Positions 13,701-25,045 of a stretch of 37,020 nucleotides of DNA are shown here, piece after piece. The stretch spans positions 34,818,524-34,855,543 of the forward strand of contig NC_068990.1 in the NCBI RefSeq assembly GCF_001194135.2, read 5' to 3'. This stretch comes from Octopus bimaculoides. Its lineage: Eukaryota. A program made the position numbers and the translations under genes. Within the stretch, counting starts at the first letter, position 1, and every line of letters starts with the position of its first letter. Under the pieces are notes generated by a model, which did no database searches, was not told the DNA's origin, and worked only from the letters and a program-made list of their open reading frames with translations.

Positions 13701-14104
13701 TCAAGCAGCTAATATGAAAAACAGCCACCATTACCCGACAAAATAACAATTTATTTTACATAATTAAAAGATGAAACACTAACATTAACTCAGAAAAAAT
13801 GCAACAAAGCAAATTCCACAATGCAAACCAGACAAAGCTGCGCCCATCCCATGAAACATGGAGGTGCGCCAGGCGGTGCAGTAGTAGAAACTCACTTGCA
13901 TTAGTTGAAAATAGCTATAACAATGATAATACATAGCTGATAGGAATATTCTTAAAGGAATATAAGATCTAAATTGCAAACTTTGCACTGATAAGGCTAT
14001 AAGACTGTAAAAGAAGGGTGAAGGCCTTTCAAATAAAACTGGTAGGCTATTGGGTGAAAACAATTCTTGAAATGGAATGATACACACATATTTACACTCT
14101 TATT

Positions 14105-14107
<3 letters not shown>

Positions 14108-14170
<63 letters not shown>
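14108..14170. repeat. (CA)n microsatellite
   Basis: Perfect run of about 31 units. Confidence 0.98.
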
Positions 14171-14183
<13 letters not shown>

Positions 14184-14397
14184 GGTTATGTAGATATGTG
14201 TGTGTATGTATGTATGTATGTATATGCGTCTATATTTGTGCCTTTATCTAGCTGTGTACCCGTTTAACGCTATATCTAATTGCCTATGAACGAATGCATT
14301 ATAATGGATTTACAAATGTGTGGTCTAGAAGAAGGAAGAGAAACGGAGAAAAAGAAAATGCAGCAGTAGTTCTGTAGCAGTAGGACCAGCACCAATA

Positions 14398-14443
14398 GCA
14401 GCAGCAGCAGCAACAGCAGCAGTAGTAATAGTAGTAGTAGTTA

Positions 14444-14478
<35 letters not shown>

Positions 14479-14563
14479 ATAGAAGAAGAAGAAGANNNNN
14501 NNNNNAGAAGAAGAAGAAGAAGAAGAAGAAGAAGAAGAAGAAGAAGAAGAAGAAGAAGAAGAA
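14398..14563. repeat. Compound trinucleotide repeat (GCA)n-(GTA)n-(GAA)n
   Basis: Seen directly; 10-nt gap at 14496-14505. Confidence 0.95.
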
Positions 14564-14733
14564 AGAGAAGAATTGTGGTGGGTGAAAGGTACAGTAAGAT
14601 AGACAGAAATCTTAAACACTGCTATAAAGTAAAGAGTCTGTAGCAAGATACCATCTTATCTGTGCCACGTGTTAAATCGTGCTCTACCTTACTTATCTAC
14701 ATTATCAGGTGTCATAACATACCTCCTACTTAC

Positions 14734-14829
14734 CTGCATTATCACCTGAGCTAATAGCAACAGTGCCACTTCTACCAACGCTATCAGCAGTGTGGTAGGT
14801 TGTGCAATAACTTCAGATGTAGCAGGTAA
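14734..14829 (-). other. Candidate 96-nt internal exon, frame ambiguous
   Basis: Perfect donor GCAG|gtaagt; weak acceptor gttgtag|. Phase 0 reads LPATSEVIAQPTTLLIALVEVALLLLAQVIMQ with no stop; phase 1 reads xTCYI*SYCTTYHTADSVGRSGTVAISSGDNA. Confidence 0.25.
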
Positions 14830-15954
14830 CTACAACATCATTTATCTTGTTTCTTTGGCGTAAAAACATTATTCGTATCTACCTAGCATTATTCTCACTG
14901 CGAGTTCTGGGAAACAGATAACCCGATCCATGCGCACGCATGCACTCACACGCACGAACATGTACAAGCACACACAAACGCCCCCCCCCCACACAAGTAC
15001 AAATGCATAATTTATTATATATGTATGTTAGTAGAAAAAAAGAACATAAAATTGGGTAATTGTTACATATTTACTATCTCTCTCCTTCCTTTTCTCAATC
15101 ACTCTCTCGCAAATTATGCATAGCCCCATGCTTTTATTTTCACTCTATGTGTATCCCTTTCTAGAATGAATACATTAACTTGTAGAACATGAATGTGCTC
15201 TTTATGAATAAGTAATGAATGAACTTTCTGTTATTATATACTGATGAAGCACAAAACTGAAGAAGTAGCTTTTTAAAAGATAAGAATGTACAAGAAATAT
15301 GAAATATTCAATATATTAAACGATAAATGTGTAAATATAACGCTATGAATCACTTGAAAGGCAATTTATTTTCCACTTTTTCGCTTGACCCACTCCTCTG
15401 TACAAAATAAAGTATAATGCCCAATCAGAACATCACTCTTAGAAATGAAGCACACCCGAGCAAAGTCCCACTGTTATACGAATTAAAAGTGTAACAGTCA
15501 GCATAAACAGGTGAATTCAAACGCATGAGTTAGGTCATGATATCTGTAACTCGGGGGTGAATTGTTGATAGGAACCTACATGCGAACACAGGGCGAGCGT
15601 GAATCCTGCTCAATTTGAGGACATACACAAACTATGAAAGGTATCTGATACCAAATCAAAAGACTAAACCACTGACAGTCAAGTTACATTAAAAAATACA
15701 CATTTTCCTGAAATATTCGGATCGTGTGAATCTTCCAAAACCGATCGGGGTGGAGAGAGGAGTTTAAATTCCTGTACACTCTGAAACGGTATTTACAAAA
15801 ACTTTCGTTAAAAAGTATCCATTTTTCTAACTGTTATGAGGCAACAAAATCGTGGGCATATACATCTCTAGTTATGCCCTTCTATTTATACGATTATTTC
15901 ATTTCATGTTTATTTCATTAATTGGTTGCAAGGTTTTCTCTACCCTCGCTCACT

Positions 15955-15973
15955 CACTCTCTCTTTCTCTCTG

Positions 15974-16029
<56 letters not shown>

Positions 16030-16035
16030 TCACTC
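15955..16035. repeat. (CT)n-(CA)n microsatellite
   Basis: Seen directly. Confidence 0.95.
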
Positions 16036-16299
16036 ACTGCAAATCTTACTGATGAGATGCTGATTTGAAATCTCTATGCTGCTTTTAGGGGAAGGTAAAA
16101 CTCGACAAATTGCTACCTGCTCCGTAGTTGGACTACCTTGAAGTCTTTAGTTTTAAAAGGGAGATTATGACTGATAAAATAATGAAAGCAATATTTACTA
16201 AGCAAGTGAGCACTATTACACATACAAAGAAATGATTAGACGTAAAATATCATAGAAATTATTAGAATTGGGAATCAAATGTGAAAATATTACCAACTA

Positions 16300-16338
16300 C
16301 CCAGCAGAAAACCGCCCAGAGGGCGGTCATTTTGCTAG
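16300..16338 (+). mobile_element. Helitron-type 3' terminus (GC hairpin + CTAG)
   Basis: Perfect stem ACCGCCC-aga-GGGCGGT (16311-16327), then CTAG at 16335-16338 followed by T. The 5' end was not identified. Confidence 0.6.
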
Positions 16339-16829
16339 TATGCATGTGTAAATATGTGTATGAAGATATGTATAAATATATCTGTGTGTATACATACATG
16401 CATATACACATACACGCACGCGTGTACAGTACTTGTGTGTATATGTATGTATTTATACAGATTTACACTCACCGATAATGTACTTAATCCCACACAATAC
16501 TTTAATTATGGAACAGCGCAAAGCGCAATCTGTTTGACTGCACATAGCGTTCTAATTGCAATCTGCTCAAGGAAACAAGCAGACAAACTAATACATAACG
16601 CCAACACACTGCCAGTCCTGTACATACACAGACAATTCTTAGCAAATTTTCCATTATAAAAAGACTTATATACAGTATTGTTTCCAGTCTAACGTTACTA
16701 AAGTACCCCCTACTGCACTGTTGGTTAATGAATTGTCAAGATGGCGGAATCTATCGTGTCTTGTTTTATTGAACAGCTGTCATTTGTATACTAGCAATCA
16801 GAATGAAAGTTTAGAATGAATACCAGTTA

Positions 16830-17210
16830 TGAGTATATATATATATATATATNNNNNNNNNNNNNNNNNNNNNNNNNNNNNNNNNNNNNNNNNNNNNNNN
16901 NNNNNNNNNNNNNNNNNNNNNNNNNNNNNNNNNNNNNNNNNNNNNNNNNNNNNNNNNNNNNNNNNNNNNNNNNNNNNNNNNNNNNNNNNNNNNNNNNNNN
17001 NNNNNNNNNNNNNNNNNNNNNNNNNNNNNNNNNNNNNNNNNNNNNNNNNNNNNNNNNNNNNNNNNNNNNNNNNNNNNNNNNNNNNNNNNNNNNNNNNNNN
17101 NNNNNNNNNNNNNNNNNNNNNNNNNNNNNNNNNNNNNNNNNNNNNNNNNNNNNNNNNNNNNNNNNNNNNNNNNNNNNNNNNNNNNNNNNNNNNNNNNNNN
17201 NNNNNNNNNN

Positions 17211-17260
<50 letters not shown>
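16830..17260. repeat. (TA)n / gap 16853-17210 / (TG)n
   Basis: Seen directly. Confidence 0.95.
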
Positions 17261-17262
<2 letters not shown>

Positions 17263-17733
17263 TTAAGACACCCAACTAGATAGAGAAATAGAGCGATGTA
17301 TAGATAGATACAGAGGTAGGACTATACATATAAAATGTTGGGGGCCTATAGCATGAAGCTAAATAAATATAGCAGTGAATTTCAAATATCTCCTCCCGTT
17401 CTATAGGAAGTATACTGGGTAAGACTGCCGGATAATGTAACACCTGGTAATTGCAGAGTACTTCAGTTACATTGGAGTTGAGAGAAATCTCAGTTACATA
17501 TGTGTAGATATAAAGTATCAATATTTGCTATGTTTGTTTTTCAACATGCTATCCACTTAGATAACTGTAAATCTACATCCACGTTTAAGCCTCTTATCTT
17601 AATATATAAACGGCTAATCTCACAGAAAGTAATCGCACATATGGTATTATATATCACATACACAAATACAAAAACTCACACACATACACACAAATCCATG
17701 CACATACCACATTCCACACATCTGTCTACCTAC

Positions 17734-17798
<65 letters not shown>
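17734..17798. repeat. (CTAT)n tetranucleotide microsatellite
   Basis: About 16 perfect units. Confidence 0.98.
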
Positions 17799-17799
<1 letters not shown>

Positions 17800-18309
17800 C
17801 TGCTTGTCTATCTTTCTGTTTCTCTGTCTGTCTGTCTTGATATGCATGTTTCTATTTATGTGTGTGTATTTAAGAGCAGGCACATGTATGCATATGTGTG
17901 TGTATGTGTATGTGCCTGTGTGCCTGTGGGTGTGCGAGTGTGTATGCGTATCTATGGAATATAAAAATAGTGAGTCCAACAAACAGCAATTTGTTTCGTT
18001 CGAGGTATATGTTGAAACAATCGCTTAGCATAAAACATGCTCATGCGCATGAATAAGGTGTTCTGAAGAATGGATACTGTTTTTATCCTATTTCCCTGAA
18101 TAGTCAATGTTAGGGTTCATTAGTGTAGTGAACAATACTATAGATCCACTACACCGACTAGTATGTATCTATCCTACTACATCCACCTTATCTGTCTTGC
18201 CTCATGATTCTAGTATAATATTCCTATTTTACCTTTATGCATTATCTATTCAAAACTGGAACTGATAATTTCCAGTATTCCTCACTTCCGTACCATACAA
18301 ATAAACTGG

Positions 18310-18375
18310 ACCAGATTTCAACGCGGTGCCCCAGCATGGCCTCAATGCAATGATTGAGAAAAGTAAATGATAAAA
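18310..18375 (+). mobile_element. SINE 3' tail fragment
   Basis: gcggtgccccagcatggcc...aatgattgagaaaagtaaatgataaaata is the reverse complement of the tail type at 27300-27345. Confidence 0.55.
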
Positions 18376-18454
18376 TATATATATATGCACACGTACAAAC
18401 GTGTGCGTGTGTATGTGTGTGTTTTGTGTGTGTGTCTACATGTGCGGGTATGTA

Positions 18455-19141
18455 TAGTCGAAGAAGTAAGAAGTTCGATAAGCATTTGGTGAGAATGTTG
18501 TTTCAATTCCAATGCGTCGTATCTTGGCCGTCTATCGGTTTGAAACGACTGCAACTAACTGTGAAACATGGTGGTATCTCTGTAATGGTTTGGGGAGCTG
18601 TCACCAGCAATGGTCGTTCTGAGCTGATCGAATGTGTTGGAACCATAAACTATGAAAAATACATCGAAATACTTAAGCAATGAATACTTCTAAAGTTTTC
18701 CCACGATAACATAACGAAAAATGAGTTTTTATTCATGGAAGATGGGGCTTCATGCCACAGAGCGAAAAGGAATCAACAACGGCTGAGGAAAAGGATATCA
18801 AAATGCTACCTTGGCCGAGCCAGTCTCCTGACATGAACCCAATTGAAAATCTTTGGAGCATACTAGATAGAGCTATACGAAAGACTCGACAGAAACTTAA
18901 ATCTAAAGATGAATTATTTCGATTGTTGCGTGAAAAGTGGGCAGAAATTCCACAAGAGACGATCACAAAGCTCATCAGTCCAATGCCAAAAAGAGTATCT
19001 GAATTAAAAACTGCAAAGGGAATGTCAACTAAATACTAAAGTATCTAGTCCTACCTATCAATTACCGTTCAATTGTTCGCTTTGCATATTAAATAAAAGG
19101 TTTTGAAAATTAAAAGTGTCTATTTACTTCCTGCATGTCTG
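18455..19141 (+). mobile_element. Tc1-family (DD34E) transposon relic, 5'-truncated, right end preserved
   Basis: [13 protein letters not shown]...[36 protein letters not shown]...MSTKY*. There are 101 nt between the second D codon (18741-18743) and the E codon, i.e. 34 codons minus a 1-nt deletion. AATAAA near 19092; element ends ...CATGTCTG|TA. Confidence 0.93.
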
Positions 19142-19148
19142 TATATAT

Positions 19149-19187
<39 letters not shown>

Positions 19188-19342
19188 NNNNNNNNNNNNN
19201 NNNNNNNNNNNNNNNNNNNNNNNNNNNNNNNNNNNNNNNNNNNNNNNNNNNNNNNNNNNNNNNNNNNNNNNNNNNNNNNNNNNNNNNNNNNNNNNNNNNN
19301 NNNNNNNNNNNNNNNNNNNNNNNNNNNNNNNNNNNNNNNNNN

Positions 19343-19390
<48 letters not shown>

Positions 19391-19450
19391 GTAGATATAT
19401 GTGTTATATATTTATATATATATATTTATGTGTGTGTGTGTATGTGTGTA
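19142..19450. repeat. (CA)n/(TA)n tract with gap 19188-19342
   Basis: Seen directly. Confidence 0.95.
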
Positions 19451-20306
19451 TGTGTTTTTGTGTTTAAAAATATATAGGTTTTAAATGAGATTATTGGGAT
19501 TTACGTAGCTTAAATACTTACATGTGCAACAAAACAATGAAACCATTAACATATACAACCATAAATTGTACTTTAATTTAAAATAAGTAACATCATTGAA
19601 AGTTAGGCATGTAACCACTTCCACACCACATTTAATGAAATACAAACACACACTCACAGGCATACATGTACACAAACCTATACATATACAGATACATATT
19701 TTCACGCACAAAATTAGATATATTCACATAGAACGCCACGGCAGACATTAGGAAAAATGACACAACTGAACTTTACAAAATACATTGATGATGAATGTAG
19801 GTAAAAAGCATTTCACTGAGAAATGTGTTTTTATAATAAGAATTTATCTGACGTTGATAATCGATGCTCATGGCTATTACCGGACTCCGTGGTATCAGTA
19901 TAGAGATGTTTTGCAAATCTTTTTAATGTTAATTTTGAAGGTCTATTGTTTGTAGTTTGAGGGCGAGAAAAATAATGTTGCCGTTGAGATTTTATCAGAG
20001 AGATACAGTAAAGAGTAGGAGTTTTATGTCTTTATCATTCTATATAGTATGCAGGCTATTGGTGAGTCCATGTGGTTCCTTTGTTCTGTGGTTAGATCAT
20101 CTCCAGGTGATATTTCATCCAATTTCTTGAAAAAAGGGACACTGACAGCGGTACTTTATAACAACTATATAGTGCAGCATAGATGAATCCGACAGTGTAT
20201 GTGTGTGTGCATGTGTGTCTGCGATAGTAAGAAAGAAGGAAATATATAGAAAGAGTAAGAGAGAGATAGGAGGAGATGTGGATAGTGAGAAAGAGAGGAG
20301 AGAAAG

Positions 20307-20441
<135 letters not shown>

Positions 20442-21112
20442 TGAAACGACTTTGAATACTTGACTCGTAAATGATAGAATGATGACAAGCAAATTTTGAC
20501 TTCAACGCGATTTTAAACCACAGCAGAAACACTAAGAACAGTTATCGCAAGGTATTCCTCGGACAACTTTAAGGACTGTGAAAGAACGGGCTGGGTAAAA
20601 ATTCTGAGCAGATTTTCATGTGAAAGGCCGGTAGTTGTTTCAACAGAGCTCAGCCATGATTCAATCGAACTGCGGTCAAAAACAGTCTATTTATAAACGT
20701 AGGTTCTTTTTTTTTTTCATACAAAATGTCGTAGCTGCCACTCAAAACCCTAACCGCTAGATAACAGGTCAAGCACCACGAACGAATCACCACTGCTTCA
20801 CGCGATCAGTATATTTATCAATCAGCATGAGGCTGTCGTATCACATGATTTTCTTGAATGTTCTTCTTGTGTCCTATAGAAGACCGATTTGCCACTCAAT
20901 TAATCGCAGTGTTGAAGGCGGAGCTTTCCGAAGTTGACTTCTTATATTTTGGGGCTGATTGCATGTTGCTACACAGATAGCTTTCAATAATTTTAAAGCA
21001 GTCTGTCTCTCTCCTAGTCACTAAATAGTTATGTTGTTCATTCTAAATAACCAGCACCAGTATCTTTATATCAGTCAAATGTTCACGAGTGTACTGCAGT
21101 TATCATTCACTC

Positions 21113-21201
21113 AGCCAATGAAATATATCTTCGTTTACACATTGCACCAACATTGCACATTGCACCAACCATCGTGACCAACCATCGTGACAATATAAAT
21201 A
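21113..21201 (+). promoter_or_regulatory. Putative Pol II promoter (CCAAT box + TATA box)
   Basis: AGCCAATGA (21113-21121) fits the NF-Y consensus RRCCAATSR; TATAAATA at 21194-21201; two short tandem duplications lie between them. Motif match only. Confidence 0.3.
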
Positions 21202-21563
21202 GGGTTACATTATATAATGTCAACTTACTTTTCTCATGAGAGAAGTCTTTTAAGAAATCTCTCTTATTATTTCTCGCAGATTCAGCTGAGATCCTCTATT
21301 TGAGTCGTTGAAAGTTAGTTAGAGTAGATTTGACGGGTAAAGGCGAACAGGGTAGATCGAGTGTAGTTCAGTGGACGAAGTATTGAGCTTCTTAGTTCAG
21401 AAATATAAAAAAACTTAAACAAGTAATTCCCCTTTTCTCCCGTGCTATTTATTAATGAAAATCAATTACTTTCTTCTTTAAAGAATACAGACGACCACAT
21501 CTTATGTGTTTCTTTGTAACAGAATAAATATTCATGTAACCATATAATTTCCATTTTTTATTC

Positions 21564-21641
21564 ATGGATAAATTTTTTGAACTTTGTTTAAATACCTTTG
21601 ACACTCCTTATTTAGCTTACACCATTTCCTTACTGTCCACC
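21564..21641 (+). CDS. Candidate first coding exon (MDKFFELCLNTFDTPYLAYTISLLST)
   Basis: ATG at 21564, open to ACC|gtaagt (phase 0), which is compatible with the acceptor at 22294. Poor signal-peptide character. Confidence 0.2.
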
Positions 21642-22277
21642 GTAAGTTGGTGATCAGTGTTCTTAGCCCAGTAAAAGATGAACTTCCACTTATTCTACAA
21701 GGGAACCGGATTTTCTAATAAACCTGATAAATTCCTACAATTACAATCTACGTTAACGTTTTCTTTATAGTCAGAAATGAATAAAATATATTCTTTGCGC
21801 GGGAATAGAAATGGGAGATCGATAGGGTAGCAAGGAACAAGAAACCAGAAAGGTCAGTTGGGTCCAGCCGTGCAATGAACATCATGCTGTCAAAGTAAGT
21901 AACATGTGTACGTAGTGCTGCTTCTTACTGAAAGCAAACAAAACTGAGAGCTTCGGTATAGTTTCCTTAGTTGTCAACGGAGAGATCAATAATAATTCAG
22001 GGTAGAGAAATGAGAGGGACCAACGACACTAAATTGAGTTTCTTTTTATGCTACACGAAGAGTGTAGCTTTACTGTCCATTCAATTAAAATAACTTCAGA
22101 TGCGAATCGTTAAAAGAACTGTACGAGACTAGATGTTCAATTAAAGCATTCCAAGCAACTTATATCAAGAAGAAAACATTAATAAGTTTCCATAAAACGT
22201 AACAAAGTCAACGTCACTTACATTCTTCCATTCTGCTTACAATGATCGTGGTCAAAGTTTGTGAGAAAATCTTTTAG

Positions 22278-22353
22278 GTCCTATGTCATCACAGGTAAAG
22301 TGTTATAAATGTGTAGCCAAAATCGCTGATTCAGACCATGATGCTGCAAATAG
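22278..22353 (+). CDS. Candidate exon starting an Ly6/uPAR-like domain (GPMSSQVKCYKCVAKIADSDHDAANR)
   Basis: Acceptor cttttag|22278 (phase 1) or atcacag|22295 (phase 0); donor AATAG|gtaaat; VKCYKC motif; joins in frame to 22434. Confidence 0.35.
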
Positions 22354-22433
22354 GTAAATACGTGGGATCAAATCTATATGTTTTAAAATGTCTGAAACAA
22401 TTGACACACGTGAAATTTTCTATACCTTTGAAG

Positions 22434-22477
22434 GAGAATCGAAGCTCCTGGCTGTGTTGATAATAAACAACAGATTG
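22434..22477 (+). CDS. Candidate following exon (RIEAPGCVDNKQQI)
   Basis: 80-nt GT-AG intron with ttgac branch-like motif and ttttctatacctttgaag acceptor; AG|G restores Arg. Donor ATTG|gtattt, or the frame may read on to TGA near 22580. Confidence 0.35.
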
Positions 22478-22799
22478 GTATTTGCTTACATCTTCTACTC
22501 ACTAATACTAACATGACTACCAAATCATCACCACCATCACAATCAACACTATTACAACCACCATCATCATGAGCTACCACCACCACCACTACAACCAAAC
22601 ACCACCACAACCAAACACCTGAATGCCTATACGCAATCATTCACATTAATAGTTGGCCAGACAGCAATAACTAAGGTTGCAGCAGCCAATACAGAATGTG
22701 TTTGAAATAAATGCAATCACGGAGTAGCCACCATACACACACACATATACTCGCTAATGAGTACATGTATCTATGTGAGTTTGTCAATATGTGTGTGTC

Positions 22800-22866
22800 T
22801 GTAAGAGAGGGAGAGAGAGAGAGAGAAAGTGTGTGTGTGTGTCTGAGTGTGTGTGTGTGTGTGTGT

Positions 22867-22915
<49 letters not shown>

Positions 22916-23680
22916 NNNNNNNNNNNNNNNNNNNNNNNNNNNNNNNNNNNNNNNNNNNNNNNNNNNNNNNNNNNNNNNNNNNNNNNNNNNNNNNNNNNNN
23001 NNNNNNNNNNNNNNNNNNNNNNNNNNNNNNNNNNNNNNNNNNNNNNNNNNNNNNNNNNNNNNNNNNNNNNNNNNNNNNNNNNNNNNNNNNNNNNNNNNNN
23101 NNNNNNNNNNNNNNNNNNNNNNNNNNNNNNNNNNNNNNNNNNNNNNNNNNNNNNNNNNNNNNNNNNNNNNNNNNNNNNNNNNNNNNNNNNNNNNNNNNNN
23201 NNNNNNNNNNNNNNNNNNNNNNNNNNNNNNNNNNNNNNNNNNNNNNNNNNNNNNNNNNNNNNNNNNNNNNNNNNNNNNNNNNNNNNNNNNNNNNNNNNNN
23301 NNNNNNNNNNNNNNNNNNNNNNNNNNNNNNNNNNNNNNNNNNNNNNNNNNNNNNNNNNNNNNNNNNNNNNNNNNNNNNNNNNNNNNNNNNNNNNNNNNNN
23401 NNNNNNNNNNNNNNNNNNNNNNNNNNNNNNNNNNNNNNNNNNNNNNNNNNNNNNNNNNNNNNNNNNNNNNNNNNNNNNNNNNNNNNNNNNNNNNNNNNNN
23501 NNNNNNNNNNNNNNNNNNNNNNNNNNNNNNNNNNNNNNNNNNNNNNNNNNNNNNNNNNNNNNNNNNNNNNNNNNNNNNNNNNNNNNNNNNNNNNNNNNNN
23601 NNNNNNNNNNNNNNNNNNNNNNNNNNNNNNNNNNNNNNNNNNNNNNNNNNNNNNNNNNNNNNNNNNNNNNNNNNNNNNNN

Positions 23681-23729
<49 letters not shown>

Positions 23730-23730
23730 C
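22800..23730. repeat. (GA)n-(TG)n / gap 22916-23680 / (CA)n-(TA)n
   Basis: Seen directly; repeat orientation flips across the gap. Confidence 0.95.
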
Positions 23731-24495
23731 ATAAATGTTTACATACATGCAGACATACACTTTTACACATACATTCATAGAGACAGAAAGTGATAGATAG
23801 ATAGATAGATAGATAGATAGTTATATATATACATACGTATGTGTGTGTATATGTACATAATTCTTATCCGACAGAAAAGCAGATATGCAAATAGAACAGT
23901 CATAAAAACACATGCATGCGATTTAATCCTGCAATACAAACAAGCGTCGACTATTAATCTAAATAAACACGTATCTATATAATCCACCTTTGTGCATGCG
24001 TCCATATGCCTCTGCTGTAGAAACACGCACGCACACGCACACGCACACACATAGGCAGGCACGCACACGTATAATACTAACCTAAACATACATATATATA
24101 TTTAATCCTAGAAATATATTTAATCCATAAAAATAAACAAAAAGTGATGGTATTTTGTGTGCAATGTAGGGATATAGCGATACCTAATCTAAAATATGAA
24201 TCCTACACTTCTCCGCACACACGCATATACACAAACACAAATGAAGATTAAAGTTGTCTTGCAAATAAAGTATAGAACTTCTTACACTTAGAAGGCGAGT
24301 TCGAAAATTTTTCTGGCGTTTCTGTCTATATTTGGTGAGATGTCTTCACTCATACATGTATACAATTGAGTTAGATAGGAGTAAATCTAATATATCTATT
24401 TATCTATCTATACACACATACATGTATATANNNNNNNNNNNNNNNNNNNNNNNNNNNNNNNNNNNNNNNNNNNNNNNNNNNNNTATATATATATA

Positions 24496-24606
24496 CCTTT
24501 GATCCTTTCGAGGTCGATAAAATGGGTTCTAGTTGAGTACTGGGGTTGATGTAATAAATTTTCCCCTTCCTCCCAAGTTGCTGGCCTTGTACCATAATTT
24601 AAACCA
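24496..24606 (+). mobile_element. SINE 3' half (same family as 1560-1686)
   Basis: cctttgatcctttcgaggtcgataaaat...gttgagtactggggttgatgtaat...ggccttgtacc...aaacc resembles from memory the octopus SINE body; followed by a trinucleotide tract. Confidence 0.65.
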
Positions 24607-24614
24607 TGCTGCTG

Positions 24615-24708
<94 letters not shown>

Positions 24709-24720
24709 TAATAATAATGA
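24607..24720. repeat. Compound repeat (GCT)n-(ACT)n-(AAT)n
   Basis: Seen directly. Confidence 0.96.
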
Positions 24721-24721
24721 A

Positions 24722-25045
24722 TATTATTATTTGAAGAAAGATCTCAGTTTATTTTGCTGGTTATGATGGAAAGTGTCACACTTGTTTACCGGTCATGCTT
24801 CAAGAACTTTGCGAAGAATTCTTGCAGTTCCAAGCAATACTGATCTTTGTAGGGGTTCTCTCTTTACATTTGTACCAATCTTTTTGAGCCATGTTGGTAG
24901 ATGAGTGCTGATAGATCCGAGTGCGCCAGTTACTATCAGTATCAAGTCTACTCTCCATATTGACCAGGGCCTTCGTATTTCCCATTTCAAATAGTCGTAG
25001 TTTAGTTTTTCTTTTCCTCTTTGATCCTGTTGTCGCCTGGACATA
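24722..25045 (-). mobile_element. R4/Dong-like LINE 3' end, 5'-truncated (REL domain C-terminus)
   Basis: PGDNRIKE [frameshift] KEKLNYDYLKWEIRR...IVTGALGSIS...LQRSVLLGTARILRKVLEA*, short 3' UTR, then an (AAT)3 tail on the minus strand at 24722-24731. Confidence 0.88.

Noticed and set aside
13973-13996. PYQCKVCN on the minus strand (C2H2 zinc-finger-like)
   Set aside because: A stop follows after six codons and there are no histidines.
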